From NCBI GenBank assembly GCA_964188305.1, contig OZ076886.1: a DNA stretch of 64,000 nt, one strand, 5' to 3'. Shown piece by piece: positions 52,237-64,000 of the stretch (within the stretch, counting starts at the first letter, position 1; each line of letters opens with the position of its first letter). Both the position numbers and the translations under genes were made by a program. The notes beneath the pieces were generated by a model. It ran no database searches. It saw only the letters and a program-made list of their open reading frames with translations, and was not told the DNA's origin. The DNA is from Podarcis bocagei (Eukaryota).

Positions 52237-52327
52237 CTGGGCTGATCGCAGACTCGTGCAACATTTTCAAGCATGCTTCTTTATAGTTAAGCAAATTCAC
52301 TCTTATTTTCTCATAAGATCCTTCAGC
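52237..52327 (-). CDS. GLP2R: GLP2R exon 2 (AEGSYEKIRVNLLNYKEACLKMLHESAISP-G)
   Basis: cttgcag acceptor, gtaaga donor, 91 nt; ECD helix with first Cys (YKEAC). Confidence 0.9.
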
Positions 52328-53563
52328 CTGCAAGCAAAGAAAACATTGTATATGAACCATTTGAATATGGAAGTTAGTTGCTTCCCAAAAGGTGCGTTAA
52401 GAGAACGAGGTCAACATTTTATATCTGTATTCTGGCAACAGCTTGCCCAATTTGAGTGCCCCAACACCACACAGTAACAACCCACACTTCTCCCACTAAG
52501 CTATTCTCTTGGGGAAACATTTCTTCCAACACATTTCCCTCAAGAAAGTAAATAGGACATGTTAATTGCCAGTAACACAATGTTTGACATGTCAGCTCTT
52601 AGGCACTGTGGCAGTTTAGTGAATGGCTGATTTTTAACATTGGACATGAAACAAAATGTTACCGGATGACAGATTGAGACAGCTAAAGTGGAGAGGCTAA
52701 ACTTAAATGAGAGGTTGTCTTCAGGAGTTGCATCCAGTCAAATATAATAACCCTTCCCTTAGTATGTGAGGTGACACATTGTCAGTTTACCAGTGGCCAA
52801 GCAGTCCAAAGGACGCAAGTTCATATTGGCACCTCAATGCTCTCTTCTTACCCCGTTTTTATCTCCTAGCAATGTTCTTTAGTTTTCTTTATTTAATTAC
52901 ACCCTGAATAAAATATGGGGGGGGCCGCACGTAAGCCCCACCCTGCATAATCGATCACAAGACACAGTGTGCACACACCATTTGAATGGCAATGCCCATC
53001 AACTCCCCCCCCCCCCGTCACCTCAAATATGTTACTGGGAGGGCCAAAGGTACCTTGGCCCCTAGGAGTTAGCTTCTGCACTCTTTAATCATTCCTTCAG
53101 GTTCTTGCTTACCTCCATACTGAGAATGGATTCTGGTGTGGTGGGAACATAAGAAGAGGCATGCTCAATCAGATCAAACACTGATCTAGCCCAGCATCAT
53201 GCTTCACACAGTGGCGAACCAGATGTTTATAGAAATCCTACAAGCAGGAGTCTTCTCCCACTTGTGCTAATCTGTGGCTGGCAATTCAAGGGGCCATTGA
53301 TAGGCAGATTCATGGAGGGCAAGTCCAGTTGTCTTTGAGAGCCATCTACTCAGCCTTGTCCAACCTGGTAACCTCCAGATAATTTTGGAGTACAATTCCC
53401 ATCATCCCTGACCATTTGCCATGTTGGCTGAAGCAGATGGGAGTTGTAGTCCAAAATATCTTCTGGAGGGCACTAAGTTGAGGGAAGGTCAGAGTAGCTG
53501 AAAGTGACAGCTGATCCTCGTTGTGAGGAATGCTGTGGAAGAGGACAGAAGATGGAATTAGCA

Positions 53564-53830
53564 GTAGATAGGTAGCCGTGTTGGTCTGCCATAGTCAAAA
53601 TAAAAAAATTCCTTCCAGTAGCACCTTAAAGACCAACTAAGTTAGTTCTTGGTATGAGCTTTCGTGTGCATGCACACTTCTTCAGATACACTGAAACAGA
53701 AGTTGCCAGATCCTTCTATATAGTGAGAAGGTGGGGAGGGGTGTTACTCAGAAGGGAGGGTGCGAATGGGAGATTGGCAGATAGCTGAGAGAGCCTCTTG
53801 ACGACTCTTAACGACTGTAATAGGTCTTAC
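53564..53830 (-). mobile_element. Penelope-like element terminal-repeat fragment with 12-bp target-site duplication
   Basis: Flanked by identical ATGGAATTAGCA at 53552-53563 and 53831-53842. Contains the reptile PLE terminal pattern CTGAAGAAG...CGAAAGCTCAT...TTGGTCTTTAAGGTGCTAC...AACACGGCTACC on -. Confidence 0.8.
53652..53689 (-). ncRNA. Minimal type I hammerhead ribozyme motif (PLE-type)
   Basis: - strand GTAT-CTGAAGA-A-GTGTGC AT GCACAC-GAAA-GC-TC-ATAC: stem I GTAT/ATAC, core CUGANGA, stem II, GAAA, palindromic AGCU stem III, NUH = CUC. Confidence 0.75.
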
Positions 53831-54227
53831 ATGGAATTAGCATAAGGGATATCCATATTAATGGTGTTTATAGACTTGTTATAATTTCTGGAATGTATTG
53901 AAAGACTGGAATGTATTACTGATGTCTTTGGGCCCCTTTTTGTTTCTGCTTCAATATTTCATAGCTGTTTTCTGTGATGGTTTTGTTTTATTCTTGATTA
54001 TGTATTTTAATAACATAAAAGAAGAAGAAAAATGAACATTTTTTTAGGACACTTAATATAAATCCAGTTTTCTAAGGTCTCCCAAACACAACTGTAAATA
54101 ATTGCATCCGCTGTGGCTTTGCTAACTGCTGTATTTAGATAGTTGAAATCATCCTCTAAATACTAACTAGAGGTGATTCACCAGACCTAAGCCAAAATGT
54201 CAGGTGTAAGTGGAGCCTACTTTTAGA

Positions 54228-54350
54228 CCTCTGGCAGTATTGGCTTAGTCCATGAAGTCTTATTACACCACAAAAAATGTGTCTGCTTTTAAGGAGCCAT
54301 AGAACTCTTGGATATTTCTGCTGCAACAAACTGACATGGCTACCCCTCTG
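54228..54350 (+). mobile_element. Degenerate Penelope-like terminal remnant
   Basis: ...ctttTAAGGAGCCATAGAACTC...GCTGCAACAAACTGACATGGCTACCCCTCTG resembles the PLE terminus; the upstream hammerhead core is decayed. Confidence 0.5.
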
Positions 54351-54429
54351 GGAACAGTTGTATTCAGGCTGTAATCCTACATGCAACTCTTACCTGGGAA
54401 TAGGTCATCTTGGATTTAATCCAGTGAAG

Positions 54430-54640
54430 TTTCTGCACAAGCAAAATGACTTCCACTCACACAACAGAACACCCCTCAATCCCACGTACCCCCATATCTG
54501 CTCTAGAGAGTTGGGAGAATCCCCAGAGCAAATCTGGGGCATGTGTGGGGCACTAGTGGATAGGGATAGGGAGGGGAAGTTCTGTTGCATGAGTGGAATC
54601 TGATTCTCATACACAATGATTTAGTTGGATACAACCCAGT
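54430..54640. mobile_element. Old palindromic MITE-like repeat (related decayed copies ~7215-7680, 19350-19500, 51960-52130, 61220-61420)
   Basis: C-rich arm / ATCTGCTC...GAGCAAAT hairpin / G-rich arm architecture recurs across the window. Confidence 0.45.
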
Positions 54641-54664
54641 GGGACTTACATCTGAGTAAGCGTG

Positions 54665-55160
54665 TATATCTTAAAAAGCAGAGACATCACCTTGCTGACA
54701 AAGGTCCATATAATTAAAGCCATGGTTTTCCCAGTAGTGATGTATGGAAGTGAGAGCTGGACCATAAAGAAGGCTGATCGCCAAAGAATTGATGCTTTTG
54801 AATTATGGTGCTGGAGAAGACTCTTGAGAGTCCCATGGACTGCAAGAAGAACAAACCTCTCCATTCTTAAGGAAATCAGCCCTGAGTTCTCACTGGAAGG
54901 ACAGATCCTGAAGCTGAGGCTCCAATACTTTGTCCACCTCAAGACTTCCTGGAAAAGACCCTGATGTTGGGAAATATGGAGGGCACAAGGAGAAGGGTAT
55001 GGCAGAGGACGAGATGATTGGACAGTGTTCTCGAAGCTACGAACGTGAGTTTGACCAAACTGTGGAAGGCAGTGGAAGACAGAAGTGCCTGGCATGCTCT
55101 GGTCCATGGGATTATGAAGAGTCAGAAATGACTAAATAACTAAACAACAATAACAAGAAC
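54665..55160 (+). mobile_element. BovB/RTE LINE 3' fragment
   Basis: ILKSRDITLLTKVHIIKAMVFPVVMYGSESWTIKKADRQRIDAFELWCWRRLLRVPWTARRTNLSILKEISPE is the BovB ORF C-terminus; ends in a (CAA)-like tail. Confidence 0.92.
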
Positions 55161-55344
55161 AAAGTGTGTGCAGGATTATATTGTTAGTATAGCATAGATA
55201 TAGAACAGTAATTGAACACTACCTATTTTCTCCAGTTTAAATGCTGCAAAAAAATTAGTCTATGCATACACTCCTATAGTCTTCTTTTTCACATCTCTCT
55301 CCTATTCTTGTGTTTTTCTGTAAGGGGGAAATCTGAGAAAAGCA

Positions 55345-56740
55345 ATTTCCTACTGTATCGCTAACCAAGTGCACCACGTAATCCCATACATTCTAGAAAA
55401 TGAGATAAAACAATGGATACACTTGGAGAGACACAGACCATGCTTAAAGCATGGAAGGAAGAAGCAGGCAAACTGTCCCCAACCCCAACCCCATCCCCAC
55501 TAATCCCACTAGCTCACCACCCACTTATCCACCACACAGCACAAATTCTCCAGATAAAAACCTGGCAAGCCAAAGGCCTATATGGCCTAGCAGACCTCTA
55601 CAAAAATAACAAATCCGTAATGACACAAGAAATTCAAAACAAACTAGGGGACACCCAAATACCCTGGCTAACACACCACCAACCGCACGCCTTCCTAAAC
55701 AACCCAGTAGTAAAATCAACAGCCACTAGGCCCTTGACCACCTTCTAAAACTGTCTCATAACAACAACGGGACATGGCAAGGGGATGGTATCCACAATAT
55801 ACAAAACACTGCTCCAAAGCCCCACAAACCCCCTTGATGCAATCAAAAAACAATGGGAGGACAACCTAGACTATGAAATTAACTCCACCCAATGGACTAG
55901 ATTGGGTCTAAACCTCCATTTAAATCCATATCGCGAAAAGAAAAGAACTCACTCTGAAACTCACTTACAGATGGTACCTAACACCATGGAAACTGGCGCT
56001 GATACGCCTAGGAACCTCACTAAAATGCTGGAGACGATGCACCTCCACAGGCACATACCTCCACATATGGTGGGAATGCCCCAAACCCAACTCTTCTGGA
56101 CAGCAGTCATATAAGAAATAAGCAAAATAACTAAGCAGGTACTAGAAGTCATCCCAGAACTGACCCTACTGAACATTTTCCAAAATAACAATGCCCACTC
56201 ACACTATAAAAAGCTCATAACCCATCTACTCTCAGCAGACAGAGACATCATAGCCAGACAATGGAGGGACCTGTCAGGATTAAACATGGAACACTGGTAT
56301 CAAGTAGTATGGGAAACAGAGTTAAACAGCTAACCAATAGACTGAAACTGACACAAATACAGTGGTACCTCGGGTTACAGACGCTTCAGGTTACAGAGTC
56401 TGCTAACCCAGAAATAGTACCTCAGGTTAAGAACTTTGCTTCAGGATGAGAACAGAAATTGTGCGGTACCTCAGGTTAAGAACAGTTTCAGATTAAGAAC
56501 AGACCTCCAGAATGAATCAAGTTCTTAACCCGAGGTACCACTGTAGAAGAAGACGCCTTCACCCCGGTATGGCTCCCTTTATCACATACACAGCCCAACA
56601 AGACAACAACACGAACCCACAGACAGCATACAATTCAATATGGCTAACTTAACCCAACAACCCCCCCTCCCTGAAGAAAGAGACAATGCATGTGCTTTTG
56701 TAAACGAGGAAAATCTTTAATAAAAATTATTTTAAAAAAC
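55345..56740 (+). mobile_element. L1/Tx1-type LINE 3' fragment (frameshifted ORF2 C-terminus), interrupted by a MITE
   Basis: A/C-rich strand bias; YRWYLTP...KCWRRC...GTYLHIWWECP zinc-knuckle motif ~55965-56085; AATAAA plus A-rich tail ~56720-56740. Confidence 0.8.
56360..56543. mobile_element. Tigger/pogo-like MITE, internally deleted, nested in an L1-type LINE
   Basis: TA-CAGTGGTACCTCGGG...CCCGAGGTACCACTG-TA interrupting LINE sequence. Confidence 0.85.
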
Positions 56741-58782
56741 AAGCGTAAATGTGACACATCTGAATGTGACTCTTTGTCACGGGAGGGGGGGGACTGGCAT
56801 TCCCTCCACTGTTCTCATGAGACAGACAAGGGAGTTTTGATCAACCTTGAATTGAAACTTACTAGTTTCACAAACTGCCGTTCCTGATATAAGTCCCTTG
56901 CATCACTTGAGCATGCAGAAACGCAATATATGCACCACCTTCCTCAATATGACGTGAAACAGAAATGCTGACCTTGGCAATAAACTTTAATGTCTGTGAA
57001 ACATCAAAACACACACAAAAAACTCTGCAACTTCCCACTTACATTTTTCTTTCCTTCTTTCTCTCATATTGGCCCTCCTCCCATGTTTTACCTTTTCTAT
57101 CTTTCATTCCCCTTCTATTTTTCAGCGCAGAGCCAAGCTAACTGCTGACATCTTTGGGGGGAGACAGAATCTTTTCTGTTACGCACTTGACATCTTCTGT
57201 TCCTGATCAAAGCAGTTTTGGTGTGTTGACAGGTTTTATCTTATTGCTGAGGCATTGCTGTCTACTGAAATGACAGGCGTATAATAGAAACTCTTCTCTA
57301 CTGGCAGCTCCAGTGCCGTTGCAAGGTAGAATATTCAGAGACCTCAGACGTATACATTCCTCTTTCTCAACAACTGGTGCCTCCCCTCTCCTGCTGATGT
57401 TTGTCCCTTCGTAAGTCTGCCCACTTGAACTCACAGTAATCTCATGTTCAGGGTGAGAGCCCTTCCTAGAACAGTAAAGCAAAATTTACAAAAGCAGGAG
57501 TGTTGATTAAAGCTGTAATCCTAAACAAACTTACAAGGCAGTAAGCCCCTTTGAGATCAATGGAACATATGACTAGGTAATCATTCATAGGTGTGCTGTA
57601 AGTGATGCTAAAAAGTGGTTCTAAAGCCAAAGGCAATATTTTGATGTTTATGTAACTTGATAATTGCAAAATTAGAGTCATCAGCCCATTTTTGCCTACC
57701 CTCTAAAAGTGCAAGCTAGAACAATATAACCTCACTTGGTACCATGCTAGCTGATTTATATTTAAATGGGTACCTTCTAGTCTGTTGAAGGGGACAAAGT
57801 TGGGAAACGTAGATTTGTGAAAGTGCAGACAGAGCCTCATGCACTCTAAGGCCACATATTTATCATCAATATAAACTGCTTTAGCTTCCACAGCTTCCAC
57901 TCAAAGAACCTTGGAAATTTACTCTAGGGATCCTAAATAAAGAGTTTTTCATACACTTACAAAATTTCCCACCCCCCAGACATCCCTGATAGCATCCACT
58001 ACTGTTAAGCACAGACTTAAATGTGAGGAGTGGGCATGCTTTAAAAAAACCCACACCAATTATTAAGGATTTTCTTAGGTTACAATACTACAAACATTGT
58101 TCCTACTTCCATTATCATAAAGTGCTTTCTATAGATTGGTTATGTTCGATGTGAGACTTTAATGTTGTTGAGTAGGCATGCTTATAAATTGTTGGAAGAT
58201 ATCCAGTTTTAAGGGCTGAATTCTCCTGCATCAAAAGGAAATCAAATTGATTGACTTGAGTGACGATACGTCTGCCTACCAACTGACACTTCCTGAAACT
58301 GGCATGGTCAGGACGTGACGCAAATTTGATGGTAGAAGGCCCCACTTAATAAAGTGAATGGAAATTGGTCATTTATCATCTATATAATATGTAATTGTAT
58401 CTTGCGGCAGCAACGGTCCTGCAGGGTGGATGAGTGATGTTTTTGGTTAAAATGGTCCATTAGCGTTCTGTTGTCACTCTGACTCCCGGTGTCATAACCT
58501 CTGGTTTTAAACAGTGAAATATGACTGATTGTCATTAATTGGCTTGAGGGCAGCCGCCTCAGTTGCAACCCAGTTAAGGAAAAGTACTTGAGTTGAAGAT
58601 GATGGAAGGGATGTCTGCAATCTAATGCAATTTACTTTTTTAAACCAATTTAACTGCTTTCGCTTTCCTCGACAATATTCTGCAGATTGCAGCTGAGTGA
58701 AGTTGTTAAAGATCCATAGTCTGCCCAAAGAACTACCATTCCCTATTATACAGGTATGGCCTCTTCACAGTTGACACCCTCC

Positions 58783-58815
<33 letters not shown>

Positions 58816-61800
58816 ATGTGCACACCTATGGAGGGGAGGGGGAGTCATGGGAAGGTGAGAAAAGCCCTGCTAGATCTGGCCAATGGTCCACATAGTCCAG
58901 CGCCCTGTTCTCATAGTGGCCAACTGTCCCCTCCTGAGGTTTCTAGCAGCTAGTATTCAGAAACATTACTCCTTCCAAGTGTGGAGGCAGAGCATAGCAA
59001 TCATGGTTAGTAGCATGGAGTGGCCCCAGAACTCCATAAAAAGAAAAGGATCTTCAAGCACTAAAGTTCCTTTGAGGATTAGCATTGACTGTTCAACCAT
59101 GCCAGTTTATACGGCAGGTGTGCCACTATTTCTGTTGACGTACACAAGGCCTTTGATTCTTTGGTTTAACTGGGATCTGGAGTACGTCGCCAGTGTTGAT
59201 TGCATGTGTCATTTAATTTTTTTTCATACTAAACATATTTTTTTTTTTTGCATCCATATAGGAATTGGAAGTATCCGAGAGAACCTTTGGGATGATCTTA
59301 GCCAAAAATGGAAGATGAGTTGCTTTTGGACAATTGCCCAAATGGCCGGGTCAGCGTTTTGAACAGATGCCCACCCTTGCAATCTCCCTTGAAAGTGACT
59401 GCCCATACAGAGAAGTGTTCCAGGGAAAAAGATGTTTGTCATGGAGCTGAATTAATGCCCTTCCCACATGTGTGCGATGTCTCGAGCTGTTAACAGCTTG
59501 GCAAATGTCCCTGCGCTGGCAGGGAGACACTGAACAAAATGCTTGCCTTAAGCTTCAGTGAGGAAGAAACTTCGTTCCAGGATTGGTTGCTAAATTCTTC
59601 AAGAGAAGCACAGAATATGAATAGAGTTATCTTTTCCTGTTTTCCATCCAATCATTCCCTGAGCTTCGCACTGTGAACTTTTGACCTCTTTGGCCAACTG
59701 TCTGCAACTTGATCATTCTGTGCCCTCCGTTTGGCAGAAACACAGTCTCCTGCCATGCTCTTGTGCAGTCCAGTGGGATTTGCGCAGAAAACGTGTCCAG
59801 CAGTTTGTGCCCTGTGTGAATGAGTGGGCATGTGCATTCAATTTAAATGATCTTCCTCAGGCATTAAAACAAGCCAACTCTCAGCAGCTTTCTGTCTCCA
59901 TCCTTCATCATGTCCCAACACTCTTTCTGACTCTCTTCCTTCTCCCAGACTCTCTGAACCAAAGCCATCCTTTCCCAGACATCAAAACCCACAGCTGGGC
60001 AAGGCCTGCATTAGGACACACCAAACTGTCACAAAACAGCAGCAAGCTTTTGAGTTCTCTGAAAGTCTTCACCAGGCAAGATGAAATAGTGGGTGGTAGG
60101 AATGGAGGACTAGGGAAAATACCCCCATTATAAAAAAAACTAGTCTGGATGTTGTAGCCAAAAGGTCAGCTTGAATATGGCTGCATACAAACTATTCATT
60201 TAAAGCACGTGGCTTTCCCCAAAGACTCCTGGCAGGTCTTGTTTACCCCTCCCAGAACTACAATCCCCAGGACCCTTAACAAACTGCAGGCCCCAGGATC
60301 CTGTGGGAAAGTAATGTGCTTTAATGCACTGTGTGTTTGCAGCCTATGTCTCTGCTACGTGCTACAAGCTTCGCAGTTTCCCATTCTCTAGTCTGGCTGC
60401 TTCTCTATTTTCTAGCCACAATCCCCACTGCTGTTTCAGTTTTAAGTCTTCTGTCACATCATCTGGGTCAGAAAAGCCACAGCACCTCCAGAGAGGGAAA
60501 TAAATCTCTCTTGCACCAAAACAGGCAGCATATAAATCTTGAGAACTGATCAGAGAGGAAAACCGATAACGCAGAGGGTCGATTAATGAGCCCAGTGTTG
60601 AGAGCACAAAGAGTCACTTGATGATCGTTCAAGATAAAACTATTTACAAAAGAGCCATGAGAGAGGAATTCTCCTTTAGGGACAAGAACCAAATGGATTT
60701 CCCCCACCTACTCTTTCCCCCTCTCTGCTTTCCCTCCCCTCCCCAAATGTAAGCGATGAGAGGAGGTTTGTTGGTCAATGAACCTTGTCTTAAGAGGCAT
60801 GGAATGGGGATGACGCAGTTGTTTTGTGGAAAGCTCGCTGGGCTCCGAAAACAGTTTGGCTTTCAAATGAACAAGGGGGATAGCAAGCAGCCTTGAAAGG
60901 GCAAACCAAGAGTGAGCCTACAGGTGCTCTTCATCTCCTTGGGCTTAGTGTCAAGATGCATAGGATGTTCATTGGCCATGTGTAGTGTTCTCCATGACGG
61001 TGTCTGTGCGTGGGTGTTCACAAAGTGCAAACATTTAAATTTTTTGGAAAATGTGGCTGTAGAGGCCCTTCTGTGGGTGGGGGGGGGGGGAGGGAGAGGC
61101 TCCTTAACTCTATCCCATCAGTGGAAATGGGCATTGGCAAGAATTTTTCCACTGAACGCAAGGAACAGGTTAATTCTTTCAAATAATTGGAAGAATGGTA
61201 GGGATAAATTGATGTAGCACTAGGGAGATTGCTCTGTCAGCACAAACATTTTTGCTTGGCTAATGGAACAACCTTTCCTCCCCTCATGTGCTGTTCCGTA
61301 GTTTCTCCCACTCCCCCCTAAACCAATTTGGGGGTGCATGGGGGTGAGGAGAGGGGGGAAAGCCCAGTTGTACTAACATAAGTCCTTGCATGGGCTTCTA
61401 TTAGCAGAACCGGTTAGCTGAAACTGGGCAATCATCTAACCATTTTGCTTCATATCTCAGGTTCTAAGTATGTTTAAAATGTACCATGTCGGCTTTTTAA
61501 AGCTGGGAATCTGGGGGTTATTCAGTGGGGCAAATTTTCCCCTCCCCCTTGTGGATGCCCATGCTATGGAGACTCCAGTTTGAAGCAGTTTGCAACAAAC
61601 AAACATTGGGGGGGGGGTAGGCTCCTTAACCTTCTCCCCTCTTGCATTTTACATTTTAAACCAGGGCTGGGAAATTCTTGGCCCTTCAGATATGGCAAAT
61701 AGTAATGCTGTTCTCACTGAGACCTTCAAATATGAAGTCCAATTAGACTTCCCACCCTCTTTGTGCCTATGGAATTATTTAAAAGACTTGCATAAGACCA

Positions 61801-61911
61801 GAACATCAAAATCAGGCATTACACATCATTGCAATGGCTAGGATTCTGCATACAAAGTAATGGAAAAGTAAACCTGATAAACAACTAAATATTAGCCAGA
61901 TGGTATAAATA

Positions 61912-61985
<74 letters not shown>
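61912..61985. repeat. (TAT)~24 microsatellite
   Basis: Directly visible. Confidence 0.92.
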
Positions 61986-61986
<1 letters not shown>

Positions 61987-64000
61987 ACTTAGAAAATGTT
62001 AGAGACATTCTTCATAAATGGTGGCTCAATATATAAAATTTAAGTATTTATAGATGGAATAAATTTATAAATTGAATGTTTAGGTAATCATTTGTCAAAA
62101 AAGGTTAGGTGGAAAATGACAGGTAACAACCTTATCCACATATAGTTTTACCACTCATCCTAAGTTTCTTTAAACTCAATATATGTTAAATATAATATTT
62201 CATTTTTAAAGTAGTCCAGAAACATCTAAACATTCTTCCCCAGTAATTGCTTTCCCTGCCTTTTAAAACATGGCTGCTCTGTATTCCTTTGTTTTATTTT
62301 TAACACAGAGAAATGTCCTTACTTGCCAGGTTGCAACCTGGAGATTCTCCTTTTTACTCTTGATATGTGTTGCTGAATTCTACTCCTTCCTCCCTTGGTG
62401 CTGCTATCTGCTTCTCTCACCTGTCCACATGTGCCACGAGGGATAGGAGAACGTGCCCATTTCTCATTCTCTCATTTTCCAATCTTAAGTTCAGCTCTGC
62501 ACATTTCCACATCAGTTTCTGATTTCCTTTTTTCTTTTCTTTTTTTAAATAAAGCCCTTTTGAAAATTCACCAGCATTTTAGTGCCACTTTCTCCCAATA
62601 TACACATTTTTGTGAAGCAATTTTTTTCTGAACACAGCACATTTTTGTTTGTTATCTTTGCATTTTTGTGCATTTTTATAACCTAGTACACCTGTTTTGT
62701 ACACATCACTTGGTTGGGGAAATGCATTGCAAAATTCAGAGAAGAGCGATTCGCCCCCCCCCCAAAAAGTGCAAATCAGGTAGTGCAAATGTGAATGGCA
62801 TCAAATTTCTGCTCCATCCATATGTACCACCCAGCAGAAAGATAGGGGGCTCGAGAGCAGGGATGAAGGGGAAATGCTTACTGCCCTAGCCTTCCAATTC
62901 TGAAGCAAATCCAAAATAAAGGAGAGCTCTTCACATCACAATCTGGCAACCCCACGCCAGCTTCAAGAGGGTTTCTGTATTAACAAAAAACACACCATAA
63001 GAATAGGAAACAAAAATCTTGCAGGAGGGGGAACCCATTCACCTCATTTTAAAAGATTTCTATGCAATAAGATGCAGCCTTTTCTCTTTCGTCTTCTTGT
63101 TCCTCTGGCTCTGCTGCCTACAGAGGCTAGTTTCTCCACCAGCCATCCTCCATACAGCAGTATTTTCACTCCTGACTATGGCCCAGCTCTGAAGCTTCAG
63201 TTAAATGTCTAGTGCTATAGCCTGGGGGTGCAGAAGGAGCCTGCTGGCGAGGAAGCAATTTCTCTTATATTAATTATTGTGATTATAACTATCACTGCCA
63301 TCACTGATTTATGAATCACCTTCTAAACAACCGTCTCAATGTGATTCACAGTAAAGATTTCTTGAGGTCAAAGGCAGAGAAGACCAAGCACTTAGGGCGC
63401 TTCCAGATGAACCGTTTACTGAACATGCGTCCCTATTTGGTTGCTGGGACGCCAGATGACGTTGCACCAAAGCAAGTGTCACTCCACACTTTCCGTTGCA
63501 TTTTCTTGTCACCTTCCTTGCTGCAAAAAGTCTGAGTTTCCCCCTGCGAAGCAGGTTTGCTGCACAATCTGCATGACCTCAATTTAACACTGTGTGATTG
63601 AATCCCAATCCAGAATAGTGACTTCAGAATATTCAAGGGGCCTTTCTGGGTGACAAAAGTAAATAGCACTGCTGCTCATGCTATTCTTAGCACTAGAGCA
63701 ACCCTAGCCTGACCCTGAGAAGCAGTGCGCTCTTCTGTACCCTTGCAAGAGATGTGGTCAGGTTCTTCTTCCTGTATGGCAGAAGAACTAGGCTGCAGGA
63801 GTCTTAGCTGCTCAGAGCATCACACACACACACACAAACACACACACAATATATGAGTACTCTAGCACAGCCTCCAGCTACACTTCTTTAAAAAGAAAAA
63901 AAAGGACGAGGAAAAGTGTCATGAAGTGATGGGGCAATGCTGAAACAGCAGCAACCAACGTCTGTGAGTCCTGGCTGGCATTTCCCTCCCCATATTGTTG

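Larger units (their letters stand above)
37393..52327 (-). other. GLP2R: GLP2R gene, coding exons 2-13 (class B1 GPCR, glucagon-like peptide 2 receptor)
   Basis: Twelve GT-AG exons (91,105,122,107,175,160,61,70,89,139,42,339 nt = 1500 nt) splice in frame. Six-Cys hormone-binding ECD, seven TMs, motifs [38 protein letters not shown] and a C-tail ending EESEI-like. Synteny with GAS7 agrees. Confidence 0.95.

Noticed and set aside
52328-64000. GLP2R exon 1 (signal peptide) candidates, e.g. EWVPPPARFLFPILMVCFLLIQK at ~62970-63040 and donors at 62319, 62417, 57039 and 53109
   Set aside because: None combines an ATG, a hydrophobic signal peptide and a phase-0 GT donor; exon 1 is probably beyond the window end.

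Overview
Vertebrate genomic DNA. The repeat content (Squam3/MIR-type SINE, BovB, Penelope-like, L2, CR1, L1, Tigger/Tc2/hAT MITEs) points to a squamate reptile, probably a lizard. The window holds two convergent multi-exon genes. On +, the last nine coding exons of GAS7 (F-BAR protein; 3321-18514, 906 nt, open frame to TAG) are followed by a probable ~9 kb 3' UTR ending near 27633. On -, coding exons 2-13 of GLP2R (glucagon-like peptide-2 receptor; 52327->37393, 1500 nt, open frame); exon 1 was not found and probably lies beyond 64000. Recoverin (RCVRN), which sits between these genes in mammals, is not recognisable in the interval, which contains a 142-N gap. Most notable observations: (1) an intact minimal hammerhead ribozyme motif in a TSD-flanked Penelope-like fragment, sense to GLP2R intron 1; (2) a CpG-rich Tc2-like MITE carrying a 196-bp spacerless palindrome; (3) GLP2R changes: apparent TAG->TCG stop loss, Trp->Leu in the ECD helix, and a 7-aa ECL1 insertion; (4) a ~300-bp duplication inside the GAS7 3' UTR next to a BovB fragment. 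Most ORFs in the supplied track are spurious. Comparisons with human proteins are from memory; no database searches were run.
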